Origin: Negaprion brevirostris | Taxonomy: Eukaryota | Direction: 5' to 3' | Assembly (NCBI GenBank): GCA_030324005.1 | Contig: JARDVH010000169.1 | Span: 13,298,574 to 13,362,573 of the forward strand | Length of the DNA stretch: 64,000 nucleotides | Shown here: positions 1-12,937 of the stretch, piece after piece | How positions within the stretch are numbered: position 1 is the first letter of the stretch | Layout: each line of letters begins with the position of its first letter | Translations under genes and position numbers: made by a program | Notes under the pieces: generated by a model | Told to the model about the DNA's origin: nothing | The model's database searches: none | The model's input: the letters and a program-made list of their open reading frames with translations, nothing else

Positions 1-1461
1 GGCACAAATGTTACTTGCCACTTGTCAGCCCGACCCTGGACACTGTTCAGATCATGCTGCATCTAGACACATTTAGACATGCTTCCATAGCTGCCTAAAA
101 ACATCAAGCAAATGTTAAAAATCACCAACGGAAAACATAAAGAAAACACAATGCAAGAAAAACTATTGTCATTTTACATCAATCATTCTGCGAAATATCA
201 TGATATACTGAGCAGCAGCAGCATGTGTTTCATAACCAGATGGTCATAAATTCAAGACCCAAGGCTGCCTGTCACATGAATCCATAGGCCACATTTGTGA
301 TGAGTGTTGTCTGTTCTCTGCTGGGCCTCTAGCCTGAGCGCCTCAGGCAGGTGGAGAAGTCAACACTGCCTCATTATATGCGCCTCTGTTCTACCTAATG
401 ATGAGAATACACTTTTTTGCAAAGAACGTTAGGTGCTTTCTTTACATTGCTCGAGACAACATAGGAATGCCTTGCATTATTGCTCATTCTTCCAAGTTCT
501 CGACTTACAGAAAAAATACAGTGTTTTTAAGACCATCATGCTGAAAAGAGTAGCCCTCTTTTGGAGGGGTCTCTAAAGCAAAGTAACCATTGGGCCGGAC
601 TTGCTGCAAAAAAAAAAAATGGGCTGCTCTGCCATTACTGGAAAGTCCTTTTGTATATATTTGGCTGTAGACAGGTTCAGCTGCACTCTTTCCATTTTCT
701 TCTGTTCCCTCGGCATTGGGAATGAAAAATTGGGAGTGCTTTTTGTAATCTGAACTAATACACACTCTGCACTCAGACCATCAACAACAGCATTACTAAT
801 GAGCTTTAAAAAATAGCGTGTGGCAAGGATTAACATCTTATAAACACGGACAAATCCCCACCCCGCCCCCCAATGTTAAATACATTATATAAGAAGATAG
901 ACCGTCCAATGAGCTTTACCATTTTATCTTCAAAATACCAGCCAAACAAAGCTGACTCTGACTCACCTAAACTATAATTTTGCTCACCTTCAAGGTCTAT
1001 TATAGCAATGAAATATTTATGAGACAGCTACAGCAGAAATGAATCGGCAATGATAAAAAAAATTAAAACAAGGTTTGGCTGTACACCAGCTTGACAAACA
1101 ATGTGCTGTCTGGTGTCAGTTGTGAGGATGAGCTCTACATGATTAAGAGATATTTAAAGAAGATATAGGGCAGTCTCTGGCAGGTGAAATGCTCATACCG
1201 TGGACGCAGGTCACATCTCCCTCAACAGGCTGCACCACAACCATTAGTAGCTGGATTGCTCCCAGAGCTACTTTCAAATTCAAACAGCATCCTCAGAATG
1301 CAAAATGTGAATTAATGTTCACTACTAATCTAATCAGAACACATAAGAGGCATATGCTAACTAAAATGTATTATCGCTTTTGTAATGAAAATAGTCGTCA
1401 CTACTAGTTATATAACTTTCCTTGCGTCGGCTAAACTTCATGGAAAACATTGCCAATTTTC

Positions 1462-1786
1462 GGGCGGCAGAATGACGCAATGGTTAGCACTGCTGCCTCA
1501 GAGCGCCAAGGACCCGGGTTCAATTCCAGCCTCAGGTCACTGTCCATGTGGAGTTTGCACATACTCCCTGTATCTGCATGGGTTTCCTCCGGGTGCTCCA
1601 GTTTCCTCCCACTGTCCAAAGATGTACGGGTTAGGTTAATTGGCCATGCTAAATTAACCGTAGTGTCAGGGAGATTAGCAGAGCAAATGAGGGTTATGGG
1701 TATAGGGCCTGGGTGGGATTGTGGTCGGTGCAGACTCGATGGGCTGAATGGCCTCCTTCTGTATTGTAGGAATTCTATGTTTCTAT
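1462..1786 (+). mobile_element. HE1-type V-SINE, full length, CR1-type tail (tail A)
   Basis: tRNA head (TGGTTAGCACTGCTGCCTCA...GGGTTCAATTCC), V-domain GTGGAGTTTGCAC...GGGTTTCCTCCGGGTGCTCC, tail ...AATGGCCTCCTTCTG...ATTCTATG. Confidence 0.9.
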
Positions 1787-2199
1787 ATTAATCAAACCCA
1801 TCACAGAACAGGATGGAATTTGTCCCCCTCCCATCCTCTGAATATTTTCACAATTAATACGACAGTCAGAAAGGTAGTTCGGTGATTCTTGTAAGGGATA
1901 ACAAAATACGACATCATGGTATGGTGTGGTACAGTATTACTGAACACGTCTACTGCAGTTCAGGATCAGTCATGTTCTTATTGAATGGTGATGCAGGATT
2001 AAGGGGCCAAATGGCCTAATACTGTTCCAAATTCTTATGAAACAAAGACCTCATTGACAGCAGAACTTGTTTGAATGAGATATACTTCAGTTTCAGCAAA
2101 GTGCCATGCAAGCGATAACTTTGTAACATAGCATTGTGTGGACAGGGAAGTAAACCTCCGAGATGAATGAGAAAGTAATGAAACCAGAGAAATCAAAGA

Positions 2200-2960
2200 T
2201 TAGTGGTCAATAGCATTCTCTCGTTATGGCGTGGAATCACTAACAAGGGGCCAGTAATGATCAATGTTGGAGTCACTGCTGTATACACATACGAATTGGA
2301 TCTGGCCACAGGAACAACTTTAAACTTGTAGATGATACCAATTTAGGAGTGGGGATTTCAAACAACAGGGAAGAGAAGCAGCAAATATAGAAGGATCCCG
2401 AGAACTTTGGAAGATTGGGGTGTTAATGGGAAATAGCTTTCGTTGAGAGAAAATGCAAGTCATTAGACAATAGCAGGGAAAAAAACATATAGAAATATGA
2501 ATTTAGTGCTCTTGCCTCGAGAAGACAACACAACAAAGAGATCCAAAGGCATGGCTACATGGTTGATTGAAACCAACAGGGCAGTGTGTGTAAGCAGTGT
2601 GGAAANNNNNNNNNNNNNNNNNNNNNNNNNNNNNNNNNNNNNNNNNNNNNNNNNNNNNNNNNNNNNNNNNNNNNNNNNNNNNNNNNNNNNNNNNNNNNNN
2701 NNNNNAAAACAAATCAATTTTGCTAAGTATAGCCAGAGGAATAAAACACCAGTAGCATGAGTTAAGTATTTGTACAATGTAATGGGACAAACATACCTGG
2801 AGCACTGTGGATAATTCTGATTGACATACAACAAGGATATCCAGGAATTCAAGTCAAGGCATATAAAGGTCAGACAGACTATACATAACTGCAGTTATCT
2901 GATTTAAAAACATCTGAATTAAGAACAAAGGAACTGTTTACTCTGAGCCAAATAAGGCTC
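2200..2960 (+). mobile_element. Highly decayed CR1 LINE RT fragment (spans a gap)
   Basis: Remnants such as AAACTTGTAGATGATACCAA (KFADDTK-like) and CCTGGAGCACTGTG (HLEYC-like). Confidence 0.6.
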
Positions 2961-2967
2961 AGGAGAG

Positions 2968-3285
2968 ATTTTTTAAAAAATTCATTTAGGGGCATCAGTG
3001 GCTAGGCCAGCATTTATTATCCATCTATAGTTGCCCTCGCAAAGGTAGAGGTGAGGGACTTTCTTGAATTGCTACAATCCCCGAGGTGTAAATGCAATCA
3101 CAGTGCTGTTAGGGAGGGAATTCCAGGATTTTGATCCAGGGAACAGCGAAGGCATAGCAAGTCAAGATGGTGAGACTTGGAGGTGAATGTCCAGGTGGTG
3201 GGGTTCATGGGCATCTACTACCTCTGTCCTTCCTGACGGTGTAATTGTGGCTTTGGAAGGTGCTGCCTAAGGAATCTTGGTGATA
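2968..3285 (-). mobile_element. 3' end of a CR1/L2-superfamily LINE whose tail is shared with SINE family C
   Basis: Minus strand reads SWNSLPNSTV-like, then GGGCAACTATAGATGGATAATAAATGCTGGCCTAGCCACTGATGCCC. Confidence 0.75.
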
Positions 3286-3435
3286 CACGACTCAAAGGTA
3301 TATAACTGTTCAGAATTCTTAAGAGAATGGGTACATTGACCACTGTAATACGGCGGTTACACAATACCTCAAAAGCTAGAATCTGGTGACACAGACTGTT
3401 TAGATTTAACTGTTTTATAGAAAAGGGCAGCAAAC

Positions 3436-4150
3436 AGAGTCATAGAGGTTTACAGCATGGAAACAAGCCCTTCGGCCCAACTTGTCCATGCCGCCCTTCT
3501 TTTAAAACCCCTACGCTAGTCCCAACTGCCCGCTTTCGGCCCATACCCCGCTATACCATCTTACCCATGTAACCGTCTAAATGCTGTTTAAAACACAAAA
3601 CTGTACCCTCCTCTACTACCACCTCTGGCAGCTTGTTTCAGACACTCACCTCCCTCTTTGTGAAAAAATTGCCCCTCTGTATACTTTTGTATCTCTCCCC
3701 TCTCATCTTAAACCGATGCCCTCTAGTTTTAGTCTGTGCTACCTTTGGGAAAAGATATTGACTATCTACCTTGTCTATGCCCCTCATTATTTTATAGACC
3801 TCTATAAGATTATCCCTCAGGCTCCTACGCTCCAGAGGAAAAAAGTCCCAGTCTATTCAACCTCTCCTTATAAATCAATTCATCAAGTCCCAGTAGCATC
3901 CTAGTAAATCTTTTCTACACTCTTGCTAGTTCAATAATATCCTTTCTATAATAGGGTGACCAGAATTGCACACAGCATTCCAAGTGTGGCCTTACCAATG
4001 TCNNNNNNNNNNNNNNNNNNNNNNNNNNNNNNNNNNNNNNNNNNNNNNNNNNNNNNNNNNNNNNNNNNNNNNNACTTTCAAGGAGCTATGAACATGTACC
4101 CCTCGATCTCTTTGTTCTGTAACTCTCCCCAACACCCTACCATTAACTGA
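3436..4150 (-). mobile_element. CR1 LINE 3' fragment (spans a gap)
   Basis: Tail AGAGTCATAGAGGTTTACAGCATGGAAACAAGCCCTTCGGCCC; minus-strand GRVLGRVTEQRDRGVHVHSSLK (CR1 ORF2 EQRDLGV motif). Confidence 0.85.
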
Positions 4151-4906
4151 GTAACATGTGGAACAATCTATCCATGTAGCCAAATTAAAAATTGGACAGG
4201 TATGAGAAGTAGAAAATTGAGAGGCATTTGTCCATGAGACTGGACAAATGGAATGCAGATTCCTTACCAGTTCTCTGCCATATATTCCAATCTTATCCCT
4301 ATTTTTAAAAATAATGAATTCAAAATTCGCAAATGACAAGAAACTTGCAAGGAGGATGTGAACTGTAAGGGGGGTAGTGTACAAATCAAATTGACAAAGA
4401 CAGGTTAAAACTTTTAAAGTAAAAATGAATTTATGTAAGTGAGTGATAACAAGAATAGGATGTACAAACGGTACTTGGTGCAAGTTAGGAGTCCCATTTC
4501 ATCCGTAAACATTTTGCCATGAGCGCTCATCAATTTGCAGATATGGTGAAAAATAATAGAATATATCGTCATCACAATATAAAGAAGCAGCATCATCTCA
4601 CTTGAGGGAGTGGAAGGTTCTGGATAAACAACAAATCATTTTCATCACAGCATCATAAAGTACAAATGGTCCCATGACGCATTTCAGTATGATTTGCATC
4701 ATTACACAGAATCAAACATGCTATTGTGAGAGTAGTGTCATTTGAGGAAAGAACAAAATGCAAGAGATTAAAACATTTTATCACAACAGCAAAGTGCATG
4801 GAAAACCAGAGATCTTATTATCATTCAAGCCTGTATGTTAGCACCTTGCTGTTGTTAAGGTGCTTAGTGGTTGTTTGCATTGTATACCTGCTATTAATTT
4901 AACCTT

Positions 4907-5076
4907 AGTAAGAAGTTTCACCACCCCAGGTTAAAGTCCAACAGGTTTATTTGGTATCACAAGCTTTCAGAGAGTACTGCTCCTTCATCAGGTGAGTTGG
5001 ACTTGTTGGACTTTAACCTGGTGTTGTGAGACTTCTTACTGCGCCCACCCGAGTCCCTTGTCGGCATTTCCACATC
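4907..5076. mobile_element. Penelope-like (PLE) non-autonomous fold-back element
   Basis: 37-bp inverted arms 4907-4943 / 5004-5040 (3 mismatches); degraded 13-bp target duplication ttaatttaacctt / tcaacttaatctt; same family as 30377-30596. Confidence 0.75.
4957..4995 (-). ncRNA. Minimal type I hammerhead ribozyme motif (PLE-type)
   Basis: Minus strand TCAC-CTGATGA-AGGAGCAGTACTCTCT-GAAA-GCTT-GTGA: stem I TCAC/GTGA, intact CUGAUGA and GAAA cores, stem II with one bulge, palindromic AGCT stem III, CUU triplet. Confidence 0.65.
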
Positions 5077-5125
5077 TCAACTTAATCTTGTAACATTTCC
5101 TTTCTTGCCACCTTTCTTAAATGTT

Positions 5126-5946
5126 GGGGATGATTTTAAGTGTTGAATTCGCATGAAAACTGGAATAAATCACAATTGATTTTTCAGTGGGGGTTTAAAA
5201 TGAATCTCCCATACTGTGCACTGCAGAGTGCGCTAGTGTAAATCACATTGAAAATCAGCGGCAGGGCCTATCCCCGCTGGAGAGGCCAGCAGCATAGCGC
5301 TGAGTGGGCCACTGTGCACGCACTGATCTGTCAGCACCGAGATCGGCACATGCACAGTGGTCCCTGTCTGCTGGCCTCCCTCCCTCTCCCACTGATCCAG
5401 ACTGCAGAGTGGCAGCAGAACCCACCACTGATGACCCCCCAGTCAGGCCCCACCCCCTTGGCGATGCCCCATGCCTGGTGGGCAGTGCTAAGATGCCCCC
5501 AGGCATTGACAATTTGCCCCTTGGGCAGTGCCAGGGAGTCCAGGTTGGCACTGCCAAGGTGCCCATACCCAGGGGACACCCCTGCCCTGCCCTCTGGGGG
5601 GCCTCAGCACTCAAACAGGGTCAGGCCACCAGCTCCCTGACAGTGGGGAGCTACTGTAAATCCCACTGGAGTGAGGCACTCCCGGCAGGAGAGAGATGTT
5701 AGTGGGCCAGGTGACTTCAGTCCCAGGCCTGCTAATTATATTTAAGTAACACCAAAATGGCTTTCTGAATATCTAATACAGCTCTACACCTATTTCTGGC
5801 ACAGAACTGGCAGCGCCAGAAATTCGGCACTGGGAAAGGCATTTGGGGCTGGACATCTAGCACGGATCGCACTTATCTGGACCCACTGGAATCTTCCATC
5901 CCACTGCACTCAACAAAATTGCACAGCGGGATGGAAGAACTACCCC
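5126..5946. mobile_element. GC-rich non-autonomous DNA transposon (Harbinger/MITE-like)
   Basis: Degenerate termini GGGGATGATTTT / AAGAACTACCCC; GC-rich interior with repeated GGCAGTGCCA/TGGCACTGCC motifs. Confidence 0.55.
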
Positions 5947-6721
5947 TTTATGTTTCATCCTCCAATTTAAATTGTTTAATTCATATCCTTGTTCCAAGAT
6001 TAAAATTAATTGCAAGAAAAAGAATTACAATTTGCAGAAAGTAAACTCTAATTTTGATATGTTTGTCAACAGCTACAAATAATTGGCCCACATTTGTCAG
6101 TTAGAAGTTTGTATCAGGGGCTATTATGAATCTAGCCTGAACCGTCAGTCTAAGATTCAGTCCTCTTTTTTTGTCATTTTTGCTATTTATATGCTCGTCA
6201 ACACATTGTCAGTCACTCACTAAACATATAAATACATTGCCTTACGCACACCGTCTTCTCTCTGCAATTTCAGTATTCATTTACAACCTGTGAGAACTCA
6301 TTTTCATCTCCTTACTGCGTTAAAATTTGCAGAATGCCTTCTGCCATCTCATTCTTCATTTCCGAAAGGCTTTCAAAATCACTCAAGCGCAGCCTTACCT
6401 AATTACTAAACCTTCATTTACTGTGCTTACCCTTAAACCAAGATGGGAGGTCTTGGCTCCTCACCCGTGGCTCCTCAGCTGTAAAATTAGTCACCAAATT
6501 GCATGTTTGAAAAGTGCCAGAGGAGAGCCTGTGTCAGGAGGTTCTAGTCATTGCGAAGGAACATTCTGGCAAAGTTTTCGGATCCATCTGTTCTGTGCTC
6601 AGAACAAACTAAGTTTTGACAGAATTCGCAGAACAGGATCCAATGGATGAAAACTGATGGGATCACGTCCCTATTAGAAATCTCAGCACCAACTTATAAG
6701 GCCCTCACATTTGGAAACTAT

Positions 6722-7136
6722 GGCCGTGATTCTCCCATCATGACCCGCAACATTTCTGTCGGGTCGCAGTGGGAGATGCACGTCACCCGTCTTGTTCTGG
6801 GATTTACACATGTGCATCTCCCAGAGCTGGCGAACAGTCACTGGTCAGACCATGCTGGAAACCGGCAGGAAGACAGGTAAGTCAATTAAATTTGTTTTAA
6901 ATGCATTTTAAATATGTTTTCAATCTAATTATAGGGAACTTTCCAGTCCCGATTAAATCTCCCCCCCCACCAGGAGTACTTCATTCTGGCAGGGTTTAGA
7001 CTAGCTCCCCACGTTCGGAGAACTAATGGGAAACTCCATATCCAGAGTGCAGAGATTCAGGTGAGAAGCTGAACTGGCCAATCAGGATCTAGAACAGTTT
7101 TCCCACCAAATCAGCTCTTTTGGGAGAATTGCAGCC
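6722..7136. mobile_element. MITE with terminal inverted repeats and 3-bp TSD (Harbinger-like)
   Basis: TIR GGCCGTGATTCTCCC / GGGAGAATTGCAGCC, flanked by TAT on both sides. Confidence 0.75.
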
Positions 7137-9284
7137 TATTTTTGATTTTGGGGAATAATTCCACTGTACTTTAGTACAGCATTAAAAAAGGCCACACTGA
7201 TTTCTATCCTTGTTTTGAAGTGCAGGATAAAAGTCATTAAAGTTAAAATATTCTGGCAAAAACAAATCTCCACAATGTTGAAAATTCAGCCAGCTAGACA
7301 AAAATTGTCAAGTAGAAAAAGATCTGCAGTACAGTTCTGCAGTAAGAAGTTCAAAAATGAGACTTTAGTCCCACAACCATCAGTTTTTGCTTTCTCATGA
7401 GTTATGTGTTCCTTTTCACAGTGTGCAATGGGTGCCTGGAATAATGTAAGACAAAGAGTATCAGACAGCCCAATAGCAGAGGATTTTCATCAGCAGACTG
7501 CAACAGCGCTGTGACACTTGTTTGATTTATGTCTAGCTTACACTCTGTAGAAAATAGGTAAGTTGACACGTTCTATATTTACTTTGCATGGTACAATTTG
7601 CTGCCGAAGTGCTACGGGCTTGCAGGCCAAACAGCAGATGCAAAAATTCTCAGATCAAAATATAAGATCACTGGTTGCAACTATTTGTTTGTCCAAAGTT
7701 GATGCCTATCTCACAAGGCTGTCAGGGAGAGGCACAAGTGGCAAATGGGAGAGGGGGAATAATCAGTACTTTTATCACGCTATACTGTACCTCCCAGATA
7801 ACACTAGCACTGGCCTGAATAAGAAATCTATTGGCAGCCATTTTAGCATTCAAAAGGACATAAAGAAAGCAAATAAAACAACAGAAAATGCTGCAAATAC
7901 TCAATAGGTCTGACCCTTCATTGCATTTGTTGTGAAGATAAGCTAAAAGAACCCGGAACTATTTCTCATTTCATAGATGCTACTTGAACTGAGTATTGCT
8001 TTTTAGGTACTTTGGTTTTAATTTTGAATTCTGACATTTTAAAAATGAATTATTCCAAACTTTCCAGTGACCCAGCATGTCTAACCAGTGATGAGCTGAG
8101 CCATGCAAAACAAGTTGATGCCACCAGGCTAAATGATTGCATGAGCTAATATTAGCTGCTACCAGCCAAAGTTGCAGCAAGGGGCCTATAACCCTCTGCT
8201 GGAAGTAGTTAGTACGTGGACATTAGCTGAATACAGTCATGCCCAGCTAAGTGACCCTTCCCCTATACTCCCCAACACAAGACCATTAATTAGCCTATTG
8301 ACATATGAGGGTTTGAACGTGGACAGGCCACTGAGCAGGGTCCAGAGAAAATCTGCATCTGGATACTACAGCAACTCAGGGAATAGAGGAAGAAAAGCTG
8401 ATGAAAAAATAAATAAATTCAGTATAAAATAGAAATGCACGAGTATAATAATCAACAGAATCAAAAGGTTCCCATGACATTATAATTATTGCCTGAAAGG
8501 AACTGAGATTTAGCCCATTTTCCTCCTCTTTTTGTTAATCTTAATGGCAGCATTCCAACATCTAGTACCTGCTGCAGTCCCAGGAGGGAACTAAACATGT
8601 CTGTCACTCCACTATTGTGAAATAAGTGTCTTATTCCAACTGGGATTAAAAGCAAACTATATGTACCATCTGTATTTCAAAATCTTTTTAAAAATTTGTA
8701 TTTCTAATGAAATGAACACCCAACATTTTAAAGTAACAATCTTTTCCAACTGCATCCACCTCACAAATAAGCAAGCCTATACCTATTGAACATTGTTAAG
8801 ATTAGGTGGGAGTTCAGGTATGTGTCGGTGCGGATTCGATGGGCTGATGAGTCTCTTCTGCGCTGTATGATCCAATGATTTTTGCAACCCATAATTTATG
8901 AATGTCAATTTTAAATTCATTATAATGGCCTTGAAAGAGTGATCAAATATTTGGACATGTTAACATCCAGCCTCTGGTCAGCAGACAATAATAATGGTTC
9001 ATCACACACAGGAATCTATTACCTGGCTATGACTCAACACTCATGCCCCAATGTTGAGTTGAGCGCCTTTACTTTACTTTTAACTGCAGTCCTATATTAT
9101 ATTAAGGTTCATGTCACATCCCATTGGTCAGTGATATTTTTCATTAGGTCATTTGCAAATTGCTAGCTAAAAATACAAGACAGAAGTAACAGAGACTTGA
9201 ACTATTTCTGTTCAGCAGTGAGATAGAATTATGTGGTATAAGATGAACTTCGTCTGATACCATCATTTTGAGTATTTATTTGAA

Positions 9285-11620
9285 GTCAGAAAGAGGAGCT
9301 GGAGTAGGCCAAATGACTCCTCCACTCCATTCTACCATTAAATATCATAGCTGATAACCTACCTCAATGCTACATTCCTGTCCAATCCACATATCCCTTG
9401 ATTTTAAGAGTCCAACCATCTACTGATCCGCTGGTAGAAAATGTCAAAGATTCACAATCCTTGGAGTAAAGACACTTCTCCTCATCCCTCATGCTTAGAC
9501 TATGCCCCTGTTCCAGTTCCAGACCTTCCATTCACGGAGCCACACTGTTTGCCTACCTAATTGCCTGCATGTTAAATTTGTGTTTCAGACACAAGGACAT
9601 CAAAATCCCTCTGAACACCAACATTTAAAACAATGTTTTTTTCTATTCTTCCAAAGTGAATAACCTCACCTTTCCCCATACTGTACACCATCTGCCATCT
9701 TACAGCTCAATTAACCTACCTACATCCTTTTACAGACCGTGTCCTCCTCTAAGCTACGTTCCCACTTGGCTTTACATTCTTTTCAAATTTAGAGACATTA
9801 CACTTGGACCCTTCAACGTTCTCAACATACATGATAAATAATTGAGGCCCCAGCACTGATCCTGTGGCACCCCCTGAGAATATAAAAATGACCCCTTTAT
9901 TCCTACTCTGATTTTTTTCTTGCCTTTAAACAATCCTCCATTTATGCTAATACAATAACCTATTTCCATTAACATTTATATCATATGGCATCTTCTCAAA
10001 TACCTTTTGAAAATCCAAATATACTATATCTAATGATTTCCCTTTATCTAGCCCATTACATCTTCAAAAAGATCTTTGCCAAGCATAAATTTCCTTTCAT
10101 AAAACTAAGATAACTCTGCTTAGTCATATTATGATTTTCTCAGAGCCCTGTTATCACTTCTTTAATAGGATTACCAACTCATCAGAATTGGCCCGGAATG
10201 TCCAGGAACTGAAAATTAATCTCCAGGACACTGCTGTGTGCAACTCTGGAAAAAGGTCACTGGGACTTTAAAAAAGGGTGCGTGTTTTTAACATTTTCTT
10301 TGAATATTTGTCTTTACCCAGTATAAAAATATAGAAAATGAGGGGTGGAGAAAGGTTGTTTGACTGACAGTCAAGGATTGCATAATTGAGAATGAGTTTT
10401 TTGGTTTTCTAACCAGCATCGGAAGGCAGTATGCCGCAAATATTAATGAGTTGGCTGACTAATGGCAAGTCATGTAATGAACCCTACAGGAATACATTTA
10501 ATCACAAATGTTGTGATTATTACTCCTTAGTAATAGTATTTCACATTAAAGAAAAATCTCTTGAAATTGAATCCACTTTTTCAACAAAGTTGCTAACATT
10601 CTAGGATTTTTCCAAAGTCCCCAGGGAGGAGATTTTTCTCGCAACAAATAGTAATGTCCTAGAACTCGCAAACTACAAGGGTGAAGGTCAATGATTTCTA
10701 AATGAAATTGATGGCCACTTGAGAGAACTGTGCAAAGCAATGGGATACAGTGAAGGAGATAGGATTGGTTGGATTGCTCTTGTGAGCCTTGCAGGATTCG
10801 ACAGGCTGAATGGCCTCCTTCTGTGTCCTTATGATTCTATCATCCCAAGGATTCCAGCATTTTCCCCAACAACTGACCTGCAGCTAACTGGCCTGAAGTT
10901 CCCATTATTCTGTCCCTCCTTTCCTGAATAGAGGTGTTATATCTGCTATCTTTCAATTCACTGGGATCACTACTGTATCTAGAGAATTTTGGTAGGTGAC
11001 AACAAGTCCATCCAAAATCTCTGCAGCCAACTCTTCTAGAGCCCTGGGATACAAGGCTCTGAAATTTGTTGGTTTTTAGACCTGTTAATTTCCTTAGTAC
11101 TTTCTCTTTACAAATATTATTTGCCTCAAGTTTCACATTCTCATCAGATCTTTGGTTGCACATTATCTTTTTCTGCCTTCTGCTGTGAAAACAACCATTC
11201 CTTTTTCCATTTCCTAATTCTTCAACATAATTTCTTCTGTCTCAGTTCCTAAGGGACAACATTTACTTTGCTACTTGATTCCTTTTTAACATACTTGTAG
11301 AAGCTCCGACAGCTTATTTATATATTTCTTACTAGTGTATGCAGCCTTTTTTCTCCCCCTATCAATTTTTTGGCTATCCTTTACCAGCTTCTTTTGCTCC
11401 CTCAATCTTCAGGTTTACTATACTTCTTTGCAATATTAAAAGCTTTCTCTTTTAATCTAATTCTATTTAATCTCTTTATATGGTTATGCATGATTCACTT
11501 TTCTTGTGAATTTCTTACTTGTTGTGAACTATGAAAAATGTCTTTAAATATTTGCTATTGCTCATTTACTGCCATACTTGTAATCTAATTTCCCAATCTG
11601 CTTCAGTCAACCACAATGAG
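9285..11620 (-). mobile_element. Fragmented CR1 LINE, interrupted at about 10167-10840
   Basis: Tail GGAGTAGGCC..., minus-strand SQGVPQDQCWG (GVPQGSVLG-like) and KVLRKLTGLKTNK ORF2 remnants. Confidence 0.75.
10167..10520. mobile_element. Possible old hAT-like DNA transposon fragment
   Basis: Starts TAGGATTACCAAC (TAGGGTTGCCAAC-like terminus) followed by TCCAGGA repeats; inserted in the CR1. Confidence 0.4.
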
Positions 11621-12622
11621 AGCTGGAGATGATTGAACCCCAAAGTTTTTGTGCTCAACCTCGGAAACATTTTGTGTAGATCTGGCCACGAGGGGACAAA
11701 GAATAATCCACTGTGCCCGAAATCAAGTTTGTAGAAGGAAATCTGTGTAGAAAACCTACTGTATTGCACAGGATTTATGCCTGACATCTTGCTGGTCTAT
11801 ATACGTCAACGAATCATTGCCGTAACCTTAGCTATCACAAAGCATCTAGGTAAGTTTTTAAAGTGGGAAGGGACCACAAACATTGTACATGGGGGCTTAA
11901 TAGAAGGTGTGGGGAGGGGGGCAAAAATAAACTTATGTGTAAAGAAACTTTAAAAGGAAAGAGTCAGTGGATGATTGAAATTGTTTGACTAATGGGACAT
12001 ACATGCATGGAATCGTTCCCACCAACGAGATCTATTAAACAAAAGAAATGGTTAACTAGTTAACTACAGGACTGAAGAGTTTAAGCATAGACTGAGTTTA
12101 TCAAATGCTCCCTATAACGTTTAGGATCCAGTCCAGCCAAGATCACAATCATGTCATCTGTGGAATGCAAGTAGTCAGTGTGGAATAACATGGGATGTAA
12201 TGTTAGACTGGCATCCTAGAGTTTCAGTGGTTTACTTTATGGAGTCAGGAAATAGTTTCAAAGAGCTCTATCGGTAATAACCTTTATGGATGATCCTTGA
12301 TAAAANNNNNNNNNNNNNNNNNNNNNNNNNNNNNNNNNNNNNNNNNNNNNNNNNNNNNNNNNNNNNNNNNNNNNNNNNNNNNNNNNNNNNNNNNNNNNNN
12401 NNNNNNNNNNNNNNNNNNNNNNNNNNNNNNNNNNNNNNNNNNNNNNNNNNNNNNNNNNNNNNNNNNNNNNNNNNNNNNNNNNNNNNNNNNNNNNNNNNNN
12501 NNNNNNNNNNNNNNNNNNNNNNNNNNNNNNNNNNNNNNNNNNNNNNNNNNNNNNNNNNNNNNNNNNNNNNNNNNNNNNNNNNNNNNNNNNNNNNNNNNNN
12601 NNNNNNNNNNNNNNNNNNNNNN

Positions 12623-12842
12623 CCCCCCACTGCGAAGGGGGATCAATTTACCAGGGCCAATTCACCTAGTCCACGCATTTTTGGGCTGTGAGGGGAAACT
12701 GGGAGCATTTGAAGGAAACCAAAGCAGACATGGGCTGAACATGCAAACGCCAAGAAGTCGGTCAGTCAAGGCTGGAATTGAACCTGGGTCCCTAATGCTG
12801 TGAGGCAGCAGCACTAACCACTATGCCACTGTGTGCTGCCCC
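12623..12842 (-). mobile_element. HE1-type SINE, partly in a gap
   Basis: Reverse complement of the tRNA head and V-domain. Confidence 0.8.
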
Positions 12843-12937
12843 AGAAGTAAAAGTAGGGCATGCTGTCTACAGTGTCTTGACCAATATTAATCCCTCAACC
12901 AACATCGCCTGAAACAGATTGTTTGGTAATAATCACA

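Noticed and set aside
573-836. Minus-strand AG|CVLV... peptide reminiscent of the CVLF motif of the rat Slo1 SV1 splice insert
   Set aside because: No polypyrimidine tract, a competing AG 2 nt upstream, and only a weak donor (GTAATG); a 3-of-4 residue match is expected by chance.
1431-1791. Recurrent ORFs such as MVSTAASE..., WLALLP... and EETHADTG...
   Set aside because: Translations of HE1 SINE copies, not protein-coding genes.
5248-5702. Overlapping 120-130-aa ORFs in GC-rich DNA
   Set aside because: They lie inside a MITE-like element; stop-codon scarcity reflects GC content, and no protein motif is recognisable.
12268-12803. Long ORFs here and at 2463-2852, 38430-39121 and 60097-60808
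   Set aside because: Their length comes from N gaps (2606-2705, 4003-4073, 12306-12622, 16295-16394, 30119-30218, 38552-38809, 47774-47811, 53676-53700, 60220-60602).
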